Assembly (NCBI GenBank): GCA_023150935.1
Contig: JAKLJW010000012.1
Location: 22,298-86,297 of the forward strand
Direction: 5' to 3'
Source of the DNA: Candidatus Binatia bacterium
Lineage (GTDB): Bacteria > Desulfobacterota > Binatia > HRBIN30
DNA length: 64,000 bases
Both the position numbers and the translations under genes were made by a program. A model generated the notes under the pieces. The model did no database searches. It was not told where the DNA came from and saw only the letters and a program-made list of their open reading frames with translations. The stretch's first letter is position 1, and every line of letters begins with the position of its first letter. Positions 16,998-26,900 of this stretch are shown piece by piece.

Positions 16998-19538
16998 ATG
17001 TTGACTCGCGGACGCGTCAGGTCGGTAGATTGCCGGTGGCGGGGAATACTGTATGGACTGGCGATTATCTGCCTGTGGGGGCACTCGGCGGGGGCGGTGA
17101 CGAATTCATTGACGATTACGGAGAAAGCCGGGAGCACCACTACCAACTATCCAATCCAACTCGGTCGCCCGTTTGTCCAGGGGGAAATTGCCGGTTTCCC
17201 GCAGGCCATGGTCGACGGCACCCCGGTGCTGACCCAGGCGGACGTGAAGACGCGGTGGCCGGACGGTAGCGTCAAGCATGCGGTCCTGACGTTTCTTGTC
17301 CCGACGCTGGAGGCCGATAGCACGGTGACGGTTACGTTCCGGAACCAAACCTCCGGTAACAATACGGGATTACTCGACAAGGCTGGTATGCTCGATCCCG
17401 CTTACGATTTCGAAGCGGCAATGGTGTTGAGCGCCGGTGCCCTGGCGACGGCCACGACGACCAGGACCCCTACCAACACAGAACCGCCGACGCCCACGCC
17501 GACGGTGGCGCCCGACGCGACGGGTACGCCGACGGCACCGCTCGACTCGACACCGACGCTGAATCCGACGCCGACACGGACGATGACGCCGACGCGGACG
17601 CCGACGGTGACCCCGAACGCGGCTGGTGTGTCGGCCTCGGCGCGGGCCATGCTGCAGGCCGGGGCGTTCACGTACTGGCTACAGGGGCCGGTGGCGACGT
17701 CGGTGATCCTCTCCGACCATTCGGTGGCGCGGACGTTCGACATCGGTTTCGACACGTACCGCTCGTTCCGGCCGATTTTCCACGCCACGTTCTGGCCGGC
17801 GAGCAAGAAGGTGCGGGTGCGTTTTGTCGGCGAGATCGCCAACACGGAGGCCTTACAGGACCAGATCTACGCTTTGGCTTTGAAGACGGGCTACGCCACC
17901 CCGGCGACGGTATACACGAAGCCGGCGTTCACGCACACGGCCAACAGCCGTTGGACGAAGGAGTTCTGGATCGGCGGGGCGCCACCGGCGATCGCCATCA
18001 ACCACAACCTTGCGTACCTCACTTCGACGAATCTCGTGCCCAACTGGGACACGAGCAAAGTCGTGTCGGAGGCTGGGATCTCTTCGGTGTATAGGAGCTG
18101 GCAGAACGCCGCGAAGGACCTGTACGACGCCGGGAACTGGCTTAAGTACATGCCGAACACCGGTGGCCGTCCGGACATCGGTCCGGCGCCCGCATGGACC
18201 GTGCGCTGGCTGTACACCGGCGATCCCCGGATGCGAGATCAAGCTTTCGGGAACTCGGATCTGGCGGGAGCGTGGCCAGTGCACTTTCGGGAAGGGGACG
18301 GCAGCAAGTACCTCGACCGGGCGCAAACTGTTCCGGGCATCGGGTACCCGGTCTCGATCAGCACGCGCCCCACGGTCAAAGGATTCTTCACGGCGACCCA
18401 GGCAGCCGACCGCGTGGTGGCCGTCGGTTCGCGAACCGATGCGGGCTGGGTGCCCGATGAGTCCCACCAACCGGAGGCGTGGGGGCCGCAATACCTTCTC
18501 ACCGGAGACTACTGGTATCTCGAATCCATGCAGTTCTGGGCGTCCTGGACCGCCGCTCAACCAACCGGCTCGGCGACGTGTTATCACTATGGCCGGGGCC
18601 CGACTGGGGCCGAGGGCGGCATATACAGCCAGACGCGCGGGGAGGCATGGGCGTTGCGGAGTCGCGCCTACGCGGCCGTTCTTTCGCCCGACGCCGATCC
18701 ATTCAAGGCGTATCTGACGGCGTTGACGCACGATGCCCTGGCAATCTGGGAAGGCCAGCGCAACATCACCGGCTCGCTATACGAGAACACCGATCTCTGG
18801 AAGTGGGGGAATGGCAGCGGCACCTGTAAGTCCGGCGCTTCCTATGTCGCATGCGGTTCGTACGGTTGTGGCTTAGGCATATGGTTGAACAAGACCCCTC
18901 CGACAGCGCTCCATCCCTGGCACTCGGGCAATCCAGGTCTCGTGAGTGACCCCCCATTGAACTCGACTGTGGTGGCGTGGGCTGACCAGGAGTGGCAGCA
19001 GCAGTTCGTGATCTATTCGCTCGGATGGGCGCGCGACCTCGGATTCCCGACTGGCCGACTGCTGTCGTGGCTGGGGGCGCAGCTCATAAACGAATTGACC
19101 GATCCGACCTTCGACCCGTATCTGATCGTGGCCTACCGGTATCCGACCGTAAAGATCGGTCCGCCGTTGTCGTACTTTACCTCACTTGCCGATATGCGGA
19201 CGGCATATCGAACCGCGACGTCCCCGTCCACTTGCTCAAACGCTTCATCCACGGTGTGCGCGAGCAGTGCGGACTGTCCGGGCGGTTCCTGCGTTGCGCG
19301 GGCGTTCGATGCACAGAGGTTCTTCACGAATTATCTCAACGATCCCGACCACGGCTACTCCGTCATTGCGATTGCTGCGGCGGCTCAGATTGCGGGCGAA
19401 CCGGGCGGACAGGCGGCGTGGCAATGGATTGCCGACCACGCCCTCGGCGCAGCGAGTCTCAACGACAATCCCAAGTGGGCGATGATCCCCCGCTCCACGC
19501 CCGTGGCTGGCCCCCCGAGCGCACCACGGCTGCTGTAA
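16998..19538 (+). CDS. Large secreted protein (846 aa) with an N-terminal domain, a TP-rich linker and a roughly 570-aa W/Y-rich C-terminal domain. Function unknown, possibly a polysaccharide lyase/hydrolase.
   Basis: ATG at 16998 then MLTRGRVRSVDCRWRGILYGLAIICLWGHSAGA signal. Consistent codon bias across 2.5 kb. No recognisable catalytic motif from sequence alone. Confidence 0.75.
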   Translation: MLTRGRVRSVDCRWRGILYGLAIICLWGHSAGAVTNSLTITEKAGSTTTNYPIQLGRPFVQGEIAGFPQAMVDGTPVLTQADVKTRWPDGSVKHAVLTFLVPTLEADSTVTVTFRNQTSGNNTGLLDKAGMLDPAYDFEAAMVLSAGALATATTTRTPTNTEPPTPTPTVAPDATGTPTAPLDSTPTLNPTPTRTMTPTRTPTVTPNAAGVSASARAMLQAGAFTYWLQGPVATSVILSDHSVARTFDIGFDTYRSFRPIFHATFWPASKKVRVRFVGEIANTEALQDQIYALALKTGYATPATVYTKPAFTHTANSRWTKEFWIGGAPPAIAINHNLAYLTSTNLVPNWDTSKVVSEAGISSVYRSWQNAAKDLYDAGNWLKYMPNTGGRPDIGPAPAWTVRWLYTGDPRMRDQAFGNSDLAGAWPVHFREGDGSKYLDRAQTVPGIGYPVSISTRPTVKGFFTATQAADRVVAVGSRTDAGWVPDESHQPEAWGPQYLLTGDYWYLESMQFWASWTAAQPTGSATCYHYGRGPTGAEGGIYSQTRGEAWALRSRAYAAVLSPDADPFKAYLTALTHDALAIWEGQRNITGSLYENTDLWKWGNGSGTCKSGASYVACGSYGCGLGIWLNKTPPTALHPWHSGNPGLVSDPPLNSTVVAWADQEWQQQFVIYSLGWARDLGFPTGRLLSWLGAQLINELTDPTFDPYLIVAYRYPTVKIGPPLSYFTSLADMRTAYRTATSPSTCSNASSTVCASSADCPGGSCVARAFDAQRFFTNYLNDPDHGYSVIAIAAAAQIAGEPGGQAAWQWIADHALGAASLNDNPKWAMIPRSTPVAGPPSAPRLL

Positions 19539-19673
19539 GGTCCTTTGGGCCGGGATGCATGCCGGTGTTGCGTGGGCGTAGCGCGCCGAGCGATAGCGTC
19601 TTCCCGCTAGGACCAACCTGTGGGTGGATCGAGAACCTTGTGGGGGGGAGGGGGGCTGCGCTTTACGACACAT

Positions 19674-20450
19674 CTATCCCTGCAGCGCCCAGATGCCGAG
19701 CAACCAACCTGTCCGCCGCCGACGGCCGAGGTGATGGTTCACACGGTCCAGCGCCCGGACTGCCAGGGATCGCTTCGGCGCCCCGATTCGATCGTTCCGG
19801 CATCCCGGGCAGACCAGATTCTCCGCCCATCCGTAAGTGCGCAACACCCGGTGGCGGATCCAAAGGAGTGGCGGCCAGTACTCGCGATCGAGGAAGCACA
19901 GGGCAAACTGTGTCGCTGGCGGAGTGAGGTACAGCTCGCGCAGGTTTCGTTCGTTGAAGCGCCCGACATGACCCCAGGCGTTGAACACGTGACCGCATCG
20001 ATTGCAGCGTACGAGATTGGCGGCGAGATCCTCGTCGTTCGGGACCGTGATGAGCACGTGCCGTCGCGCGACCCGCCACACTTCGGCCAAGCACGTTGCC
20101 CGCTCTTCGTCAGGAAGGTGTTCGATCACTTCTGTGCATACCACCAGATCGAACGCGTCGTTCGAGAACGGCAGCGCGACGGCGGACGCCTGCACCTTGC
20201 GGCCGTTGACGTGCCGTAGCGTGGCGGGTGCAAGGTCAACGGCAGTGACCGCGTAGCCCGTAGCGGCGAGGTGATTGGACAGACCCCCGTGCCCCGAGCC
20301 GACGTCCAGCACCGTCCGCGTGCCGGCCGGCACCTGGCGCGCGATCCAGGCAATACGGTCGCGCTCGCGTGCGCTGAGATCGCCATCCCGGAAGCGCCGC
20401 GCAAAGAGTTCACGGTTGTAGTCCTCGGTGCAGGACGTACGGGCGTCCAT
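19674..20450 (-). CDS. Class I SAM-dependent methyltransferase with a C-terminal CxxC...CxxC zinc-ribbon
   Basis: MDARTSCTEDYNRELFARRF...VLDVGSGHGGLSNHLAATGYAVTAVDLAP (motif I)...CNRCGH...CPGC. The upstream part of ORF 19674..21251 overlaps the next gene in another frame and is not coding. Confidence 0.75.
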   Translation of the reverse strand: MDARTSCTEDYNRELFARRFRDGDLSARERDRIAWIARQVPAGTRTVLDVGSGHGGLSNHLAATGYAVTAVDLAPATLRHVNGRKVQASAVALPFSNDAFDLVVCTEVIEHLPDEERATCLAEVWRVARRHVLITVPNDEDLAANLVRCNRCGHVFNAWGHVGRFNERNLRELYLTPPATQFALCFLDREYWPPLLWIRHRVLRTYGWAENLVCPGCRNDRIGAPKRSLAVRALDRVNHHLGRRRRTGWLLGIWALQG

Positions 20451-20458
20451 CCGCGTTG

Positions 20459-21664
20459 TCAGACCTTCCGTGACACGGCCCCGCCGAGCGCCAGCATCTG
20501 GGCATCGATGAAGAACTTGGCGGCCCAATTGAGATACTCGTAGCGTCCGTAGCTCCCGGACACGGGGAACGATCCCTTGACGCCGCCGCGGATGTTGTCC
20601 GGCGCGTCGATCTCGATCGTCCGCCGCACGAACGCCGTGGCTCGCACCGCGGCGTCGCGATAGCACCCCTCGCCGGTCTCCTCGAATAGCAGCAGCCAGC
20701 AAATTGCCAGTTGTACCGCACCCGTCAGACAAGCCCAGGGTACCGCGCCGCTCCAGTCCTTCCGCAGTCGACCGGGAATGAACCCATCCGCTCTCATGAC
20801 ACCGAGGAGCGCATCGGCTGTCCGCCGGGCGGCGCGCAAGAACAGCGGCTCGCGGTTGTACCGGTAAGCCTCCAACACCCCGCGCAGCGCGTACCCGATC
20901 GTGTGTGTCAGCGGCGCGGACGGATCCTCCAGGCAGCACCGCGCGAACCACCCGTTGTCGCTCTGGTGCCGTAACGCCCAGCGCACGTTCGCCAGTGCCG
21001 CGCCGGCGTAACGCGGATCGTTGGTAACCCGCGCAGCCTCCAGCAGGCCCCAGGCCACGTGCGTTTCGTAGGTCTTCTCGCCCGCGGCCGCAAACGGCGT
21101 CGGATGCCGTCGCCAGCAGCCGTCCGCGTCCTGTGTGCGCACCAGCCAGTCGGCAGCCCGCTGCATGGCCTCCGCGTAGTCGCCGAACTCGCGGACCCCG
21201 GCACTCAGGCCGAGGAGAATCTGTCCCGTGTTGAACGTAACGGGCACCCACGGCGTTTGGCCGACGACGCCGCCGGGGAAGCCCCCGTCCGGGAACTGGA
21301 TCGACACCAGCCAGTCAAGCATCCGCCGCGCCCGGTCTGCCGCCTCCCTTTCGCCCCGCCAGCGCGCATAGGCCAACAGCGTCGGGACAATGTAACCGGT
21401 CGTTTCCGGGTACGATGCGCCCCAGCCAGACACCAGGCTGTAGTGGCGCGCCACGCCACCGTCCTGTGACGTCGATCGATCCTGGGCGCGATACAACCAG
21501 TGCGCGGCCGCATCGACGGCGCGGGCCGGGTCGACATCGGTTGCCGGTGCGCCCGCCAGCCGGTCGCGGAGATGTGCCGCGCGCGCCGCCGGCGGCAAGC
21601 GCAGGAAGTCGCGCGTTGCGACCATCGGCCGGAGGCTGCGGCGCAGGGCGGACCCCAGGCTCAT
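20459..21664 (-). CDS. Hypothetical protein with QW motifs (squalene-cyclase/prenyltransferase-like alpha/alpha toroid)
   Basis: VSIQFPDGGFPGG and LVRTQDADGCWRR match the Qx2-5GxW repeats of the terpenoid cyclase/prenyltransferase fold. Confidence 0.7.
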   Translation of the reverse strand: MSLGSALRRSLRPMVATRDFLRLPPAARAAHLRDRLAGAPATDVDPARAVDAAAHWLYRAQDRSTSQDGGVARHYSLVSGWGASYPETTGYIVPTLLAYARWRGEREAADRARRMLDWLVSIQFPDGGFPGGVVGQTPWVPVTFNTGQILLGLSAGVREFGDYAEAMQRAADWLVRTQDADGCWRRHPTPFAAAGEKTYETHVAWGLLEAARVTNDPRYAGAALANVRWALRHQSDNGWFARCCLEDPSAPLTHTIGYALRGVLEAYRYNREPLFLRAARRTADALLGVMRADGFIPGRLRKDWSGAVPWACLTGAVQLAICWLLLFEETGEGCYRDAAVRATAFVRRTIEIDAPDNIRGGVKGSFPVSGSYGRYEYLNWAAKFFIDAQMLALGGAVSRKV

Positions 21665-22812
21665 TGGGTGCTCGCGTGCGCGCCCACGGCATAGGTCGTC
21701 GCCCCCGGCGCGGTAATCGCCTGCGCCAGGACCTCGGCGATCAGTGCATGGCCGCTCGCGTCGTAGTGCGGATCGTACGGCAAGATCGGTGCGCGGCCGG
21801 GAAAGCGTGTCCGAAACGCCGGCAGGAGGTCGATCGCGGGGAGGCCGGCGCGCTCGGCCGCTGCCGCGACGAGATCCTGGTATCGCGGTGGCAGCTCCGG
21901 ACGCCGGATCTGCTCGGGAACCGGGATGATGACGACGACGCCCGCCGTCCGGTGCGCGTCGAGCAGCCGCCGAAAACGACGAAGTTGCTCCTCGAACTGG
22001 GCGCTGCGCCGCCGGATGTCGTCGTCCACCGTTCCGGCGACCAGGCGCATCTCGTAGCCGTCGCTCGCCGAGCGGGCCGCAATGACGTCGTGGGCGGTCA
22101 TCAGTGTTCGCGACCGCCGCAGGAGCTGGATCCCCGACCAGAGCAGGCGGGCCTCCGGACCAGCGGGTCGCTTGACATCGAAGAGGTATGGGGCCCCGCC
22201 GTTGATCTCCGAACCACGCCGGTAGACCTCCGCAATTTGAGTGACCTCGAAGTCGTTGACGTAGACGCAGAGCACCACGAGGTCCGGCCGGAAGCCGAAT
22301 CCGGTCTTCTCGAGAAACGCCAGTTCTTGATCGGTGGCGTAGGCACGGACCCCGGCATTGATGATTGTGAATTTCTGGGCGGGTCGCGCGCCGGATCCGG
22401 CGTTGAGTCGCCGCTCGAGCTGCGCCGTGAAGAGCGCGGCGTCATCGACGCCCTGGCCGTACACTTCCGAGTCGCCGAGAACCAGGATGCGCGTCTCGCC
22501 GGGTTGTTTCGGGCCGAAGGCGGGGGTCCGCAGCCCGTGTTCGTCGAGCGCGACAAGGTGCGTGTAGGTGTAATGCACATCGTGCGGAACCATCCGCCAC
22601 CCGAGGTCGGGATCGGGCACGACCGCGCTCGGCGGCCAGTGCTCGGGCAAGGGCGCCGGCAGAAACACGGCGGCCGTCGCTTCCAACAGGAGCAGACCCA
22701 GCAGGAGTCCGAGGATGACCATCGCGGCCGCGCCGGTAACCCGGCGCGCGCCGCCACCGCGACGCGTGCCCTGGATGGTGGCGCCGGCGTGGGGCGTGAG
22801 GCTAGAGTCCAT
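21661..22812 (-). CDS. SGNH/GDSL-family hydrolase (probable EPS O-acetylesterase/acyltransferase accessory) with an N-terminal TM anchor
   Basis: GDS motif ILVLGDSEVYGQG. TM helix MVILGLLLGLLLLEATAAVF. The stop overlaps the downstream gene start. Confidence 0.75.
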   Translation of the reverse strand: MDSSLTPHAGATIQGTRRGGGARRVTGAAAMVILGLLLGLLLLEATAAVFLPAPLPEHWPPSAVVPDPDLGWRMVPHDVHYTYTHLVALDEHGLRTPAFGPKQPGETRILVLGDSEVYGQGVDDAALFTAQLERRLNAGSGARPAQKFTIINAGVRAYATDQELAFLEKTGFGFRPDLVVLCVYVNDFEVTQIAEVYRRGSEINGGAPYLFDVKRPAGPEARLLWSGIQLLRRSRTLMTAHDVIAARSASDGYEMRLVAGTVDDDIRRRSAQFEEQLRRFRRLLDAHRTAGVVVIIPVPEQIRRPELPPRYQDLVAAAAERAGLPAIDLLPAFRTRFPGRAPILPYDPHYDASGHALIAEVLAQAITAPGATTYAVGAHASTQ

Positions 22813-23168
22813 CCTGAGTCCTGGGCTGGGCGACTGAGGCAAGGGTCAGGCTCGCAGTCTCTTGAAGCAGAGTGCCTCTCCGTCTCCCGGGCGCAAGCCG
22901 GGGTCAAGAAGCGGTGGAGACCACGAAGCTCCGCCGCGTCAGCTTCCTCCGAGACACGTTCCACCTTACTGTAGATCGCGGTCCACCACCCCGTCCCCCA
23001 CGGTCTGCGCCGTGTCTCCAGACCATCGCTCAGGCAGATCCATCGTGCAAGCCGCATTTCGCGAGGGCAGCACCCGCGGTCCGTGCAGCATGCTCCTGCG
23101 CGCGCTGTCGGTCAGTGGCTCTGATTTACGATTTCCGCGTTTGCGTGCACGGCGCGAAGAAATCAGAT

Positions 23169-23235
23169 GGGGAGGGCGAGGCTCCTGCCGAGCCGCGACG
23201 GTCTGAGGACGGCTCGGCTGGAGCCTCGCCCTCCC
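23169..23235. repeat. REP-like long palindrome (stem about 26 bp): GGGAGGGCGAGGCTCCTGCCGAGCCG...CGGCTCGGCTGGAGCCTCGCCCTCCC
   Basis: Near-perfect inverted repeat in the 440-bp intergenic region between 22812 and 23280. Same family as the copies at 4009-4076 and 40171-40197. Confidence 0.8.
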
Positions 23236-23279
23236 AGAGGCATGGCTGAACAGCCCGTGGGTTACGGGCGCAGCCCGCG

Positions 23280-24056
23280 CTAGGCGGACCGCACCGGCCG
23301 TTGGCAACGAATCACACACGTCCACGCCAGGTAAGCGAGCGGGGGGACGGCGCGGAGGATGGCGTCGTCGAGGGTTTCCAGGGCACGCAGTGCCACCCTG
23401 CGCGCACCAGACAGGCGCGGGAAGGCCAGAGCCGCGGCGAGCGTTGAGGTGAGCGCGTAGCTCTCCAGGTCGACGGCGGCGAAGTGCCGGCGCAGCAGAC
23501 GGATGTCGCGCGGCTTGAGCGGATGTTCGAACGGCGTGCGCGCCGCCGGCGTGAGCCATCGGTACACGGTGGCTGCGGGGCTCCAGGCCATGGGCTCGAT
23601 CATGACAACGGTGCCCGTATCGGCGAGAAGGCGTGCCCACGTGAGGCTGACCCGCTCGACATCGAGATGATGCAGCACGCCGGTGCAGCAGATGACGTCG
23701 AAAGAAGCGGGTGCGAAGTCGGCCGTTTCCGCATCCATGACCAGCGCGTGGGCCCTCTCATCGAGCCCCTCGCGGGCGATGGCTGCGCGGAGGCGTGCGA
23801 CGGGTTCCTCGGCGACGTCAATCCCGACGACCGTTGCGCCGGCCCGGGCGAGCGGCGTCACGCCGCCCTGAGAGCAACCGACGACGAGCACGCGCTTGCC
23901 GGCGACGTCGGCGAGGCATTGGCGGTACCGGGCGAAGGCCCGCTCCGCCAGGAAGTAGAAGCGGTCACGTCCCTCGCCTTGCTCCGCGCTCACCCTGCGG
24001 TTTTGCGCTTCCGCCTCGACGCGCAGGCGAACCTCTCGGTCGTCCGGGTCTTTCAT
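23280..24056 (-). CDS. Class I SAM-dependent methyltransferase
   Basis: VLVVGCSQGGVTPLARAGATVVGIDVAE (motif I) and ...VICCTGVLHHL... (motif II/III). Confidence 0.8.
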   Translation of the reverse strand: MKDPDDREVRLRVEAEAQNRRVSAEQGEGRDRFYFLAERAFARYRQCLADVAGKRVLVVGCSQGGVTPLARAGATVVGIDVAEEPVARLRAAIAREGLDERAHALVMDAETADFAPASFDVICCTGVLHHLDVERVSLTWARLLADTGTVVMIEPMAWSPAATVYRWLTPAARTPFEHPLKPRDIRLLRRHFAAVDLESYALTSTLAAALAFPRLSGARRVALRALETLDDAILRAVPPLAYLAWTCVIRCQRPVRSA

Positions 24057-24083
24057 CGTTCCGCGCTTACTTCCGGGACTGTC

Positions 24084-25346
24084 TCAGCGCGCCGCGAGGT
24101 CGTCCAGCAGACTCGCCAGGGTCCGAGCCGCTTCCTGCCGGCTGTACCGCGCCACGCCGGCCGCTTCACGGTCGAAGCGGCGCTGTCTCTGCCGCCATGC
24201 ACCCGCCAACGCGGCCAGCGCCCGGGCGATGTCATCGACGTCGTCGGGCTCCGCGCAGTACACCCCTTCGAAGTCGCGCATGACGCGATTCGTTGCGCTG
24301 GCGGTCGGAGCCAGGCAAAGAACGAGTCGGCCCATCCGCAGGTACTCGAAAGCCTTGTTCGGGATCTGTGTGCGGGTTTCCTGCCCACCCTGCAACACCA
24401 GCAGGGCGGACGAGCGGTTCATCACCTGTAGCGCCTCGGCGTAGGGCAACCGTTCGATCACCTCCACGTGGGATGGTAAGCCCAGCTCGGCGAGCAACCG
24501 CCGGACCGCGGTGGCGCCGGCGAGCGGCCCACCGCCGAGCAGGCAGATGCGGGTCGTGTTCGGGAGGTCATGCCGGTCGAGCCCCAGTCGTACGGCGCGC
24601 AAGAACGCCGCCGGATTGCGGAAATCGGAATAGAGAAACCCGCCGTGCGTGATGGTGAAGTCGGCTTCTTCATCGGCCACGCCGAGGTCGGTGAAGTCGG
24701 GCTCATCGTAGCCGTTGTAAATCACGACTGACTTGCCGCGCACCGCACCACCGGCTCGCCGATCGAGTTCGTCGACCAGCTCCGGGGTCGTGCCGACTAC
24801 GCGATCGGCGCCGTTCAAGACACGGGCTTCCATCGCGGTCTCTACCTTCCGGCGCAGCGACCCACGTCGCTGCCCGGAGCCCCAGGGGTCGCGGAAATCC
24901 GCCACCCAGGGCAGGCCGGTGATGCGCTTCAGGATGAGGGCGAGCAAATGCGCTGTCGGCACGGGACTGGTGGATAGGAGCGCGTTCACGCGGTCCGTGC
25001 GCACCGCGCGTAAACCGTCCCGCACACCGAACGGCAGCCAGGAGACGTAGCGGTCCGGCACGGCGGTAAACGCCGGGTAATGACCCCGCACGGAAAACGT
25101 CTGCCGGCTATCCAGGCAACAAGCGCGGTACACCCGTACCGCGGGTGGAACCTGCGTCAGCAGTGCCGGGTCCAAGCTCTCGTGACAGCGCTCGGGGACG
25201 GTCAGGACGCTCGTGTCCCAGCCGAACTGCGGCAGGTAGCGGGTGAACTTCAAGGAGCGCAGAGTCCCGCTGGCGTTCGCGGGCGGGTAGTGAAAGGCGA
25301 CGACAAGAAGGCGTCGAGACCCACGGCCCGCGCTCGCAACGTCCAT
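24084..25346 (-). CDS. Glycosyltransferase family 4
   Basis: Full-length ORF with GT4 C-terminal features (FEYLRMGRLVLCLAP). Confidence 0.75.
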   Translation of the reverse strand: MDVASAGRGSRRLLVVAFHYPPANASGTLRSLKFTRYLPQFGWDTSVLTVPERCHESLDPALLTQVPPAVRVYRACCLDSRQTFSVRGHYPAFTAVPDRYVSWLPFGVRDGLRAVRTDRVNALLSTSPVPTAHLLALILKRITGLPWVADFRDPWGSGQRRGSLRRKVETAMEARVLNGADRVVGTTPELVDELDRRAGGAVRGKSVVIYNGYDEPDFTDLGVADEEADFTITHGGFLYSDFRNPAAFLRAVRLGLDRHDLPNTTRICLLGGGPLAGATAVRRLLAELGLPSHVEVIERLPYAEALQVMNRSSALLVLQGGQETRTQIPNKAFEYLRMGRLVLCLAPTASATNRVMRDFEGVYCAEPDDVDDIARALAALAGAWRQRQRRFDREAAGVARYSRQEAARTLASLLDDLAAR

Positions 25347-26854
25347 CAGACCTCCGCACTTGCACGGTCCCTCTGCCGACCGAGGATGAGCGGGCGCAAA
25401 CGGTCAAGCGCTTGCGTCCGCAAGTCGCGGTCGAGCGCGAGCATGGCGAGGACGACCACCGCCACACCGAGCGTGCCGCGAATAAGCAGATCGATGAACA
25501 CACTGGAGCACAAGCGGGCAGCCAGAGTGACGAGGACCGCCATAACTGCGGTTGCCAGCATCGATTTCAAGATCAGTCTGTAATGCACGTGCAGTACCAG
25601 TGCCTGACGGGCATACGCATAGCTGGCGACGAGAATGGCGCCGTAGGCCAACGTCGTGGCGACGGCCGCTCCGGTCAGACCCAGCAGCGGGAGCAGGACG
25701 AGGTTGAGCGCGACGTTCAAGGCCGCTCCCGCCAGCGTGATGCCCGCCGCCGCGACGGTGCTGCGCAAGACGCGCAGACCGAACGCGGCGACGAACGTCA
25801 ACTGATCCATCAAGACTCCGGGCAGCAAGTACGGAGTCAGGGACGCGGAGGTGCCATATTTCTCCGAGGCGAAGACGAGGATCAACTCTCGGTTCAGCAA
25901 CAGGAAGAGTGTTCCGAGAGGGACCGCCATCGCCAGCGCATAGGTCAGGAGTTGCGAGGTGAAACGAGCCGTCGATTCTGCGCCTTCCTCGGCCCAGAGG
26001 CGAAAGGCAATCGGCAAGGTTGCCAATTGCAGCGGCAAGAACAGCATGGTTGCCAGGTTCGTCGCCAGATCGTAGGGCACGGTGTAGATCGCGACGGCGT
26101 CGAGGCCAAGGAAGCGTCCGATCAGATAACGATCCCCGTACTGCAGGAGAAAGCTGCCCGCACCGACAATGGTCAGTGGCAGCCCGTAGGCCGTTGCCGC
26201 TCGCGTGGCCGGACGCGACCAGCGGAGCCCGGTGATCGCGCCGCGCCTCACCAGACCCACGGCGGAGGCACCTGTGACGACGCCTTCGGCAACAACGAGC
26301 CCGAGGACGACGGCGTAGGCACTCCGTTGATAGGCGATGAGCAAGGCTATGGAGAGGAGCACCGGAGCCCAGCGCAACAGCACCTGGACGACGGCAAACG
26401 TCCAAACGTCTTCGCTGGCACGATAGATCTCGAAGATGACTGCGCCGGCCACGCGAATAACGACCACGAGCAGTGCCAGTCGCATGGGCGCGATGACCGC
26501 ATGGTTGCCGCCCGCAAGCCAGCTGAGAAGGGCAAGGGCCACCAGTGCCGCCCCAACGCCGCCCGCGACCGCACCGGTCAGCATCGCGTTACAGAACTCC
26601 ACCAGGGCGCCGCGTCCCCGCGTCCGCCAGGTGGCATAGAAACGCGTCGTTGCTTGCGGAAAACCGAGTCGGCCGAATGCCCCGATCAGCGTGACGGTGA
26701 CCAGTACCAGACTCAGAACCCCGAACTCCTCGCGGCTCAGCAGACGGGTCGTGACCGGCATGGATAGTAACCCGGCGAGCATTCCGATCGCGTGCGCGGC
26801 ATAGTAGATCGCAGAGGAGGCAATAACGCCTCGGCCGCTGCCGGCAGTGTTCAT
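25346..26854 (-). CDS. wzx: Oligosaccharide flippase (Wzx; MOP/PST family polysaccharide biosynthesis protein)
   Basis: About 12-14 predicted TM helices and polysaccharide-biosynthesis-protein architecture. Start taken at MNTAGSG (ATG at 26854). The GTG at 26923 is an alternative. Confidence 0.75.
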   Translation of the reverse strand: MNTAGSGRGVIASSAIYYAAHAIGMLAGLLSMPVTTRLLSREEFGVLSLVLVTVTLIGAFGRLGFPQATTRFYATWRTRGRGALVEFCNAMLTGAVAGGVGAALVALALLSWLAGGNHAVIAPMRLALLVVVIRVAGAVIFEIYRASEDVWTFAVVQVLLRWAPVLLSIALLIAYQRSAYAVVLGLVVAEGVVTGASAVGLVRRGAITGLRWSRPATRAATAYGLPLTIVGAGSFLLQYGDRYLIGRFLGLDAVAIYTVPYDLATNLATMLFLPLQLATLPIAFRLWAEEGAESTARFTSQLLTYALAMAVPLGTLFLLLNRELILVFASEKYGTSASLTPYLLPGVLMDQLTFVAAFGLRVLRSTVAAAGITLAGAALNVALNLVLLPLLGLTGAAVATTLAYGAILVASYAYARQALVLHVHYRLILKSMLATAVMAVLVTLAARLCSSVFIDLLIRGTLGVAVVVLAMLALDRDLRTQALDRLRPLILGRQRDRASAEV

Positions 26855-26900
26855 GCTCGCGGTGTCCGGAGAGGTGGCCTGTTCGCGGGAGCCGGTTGGA

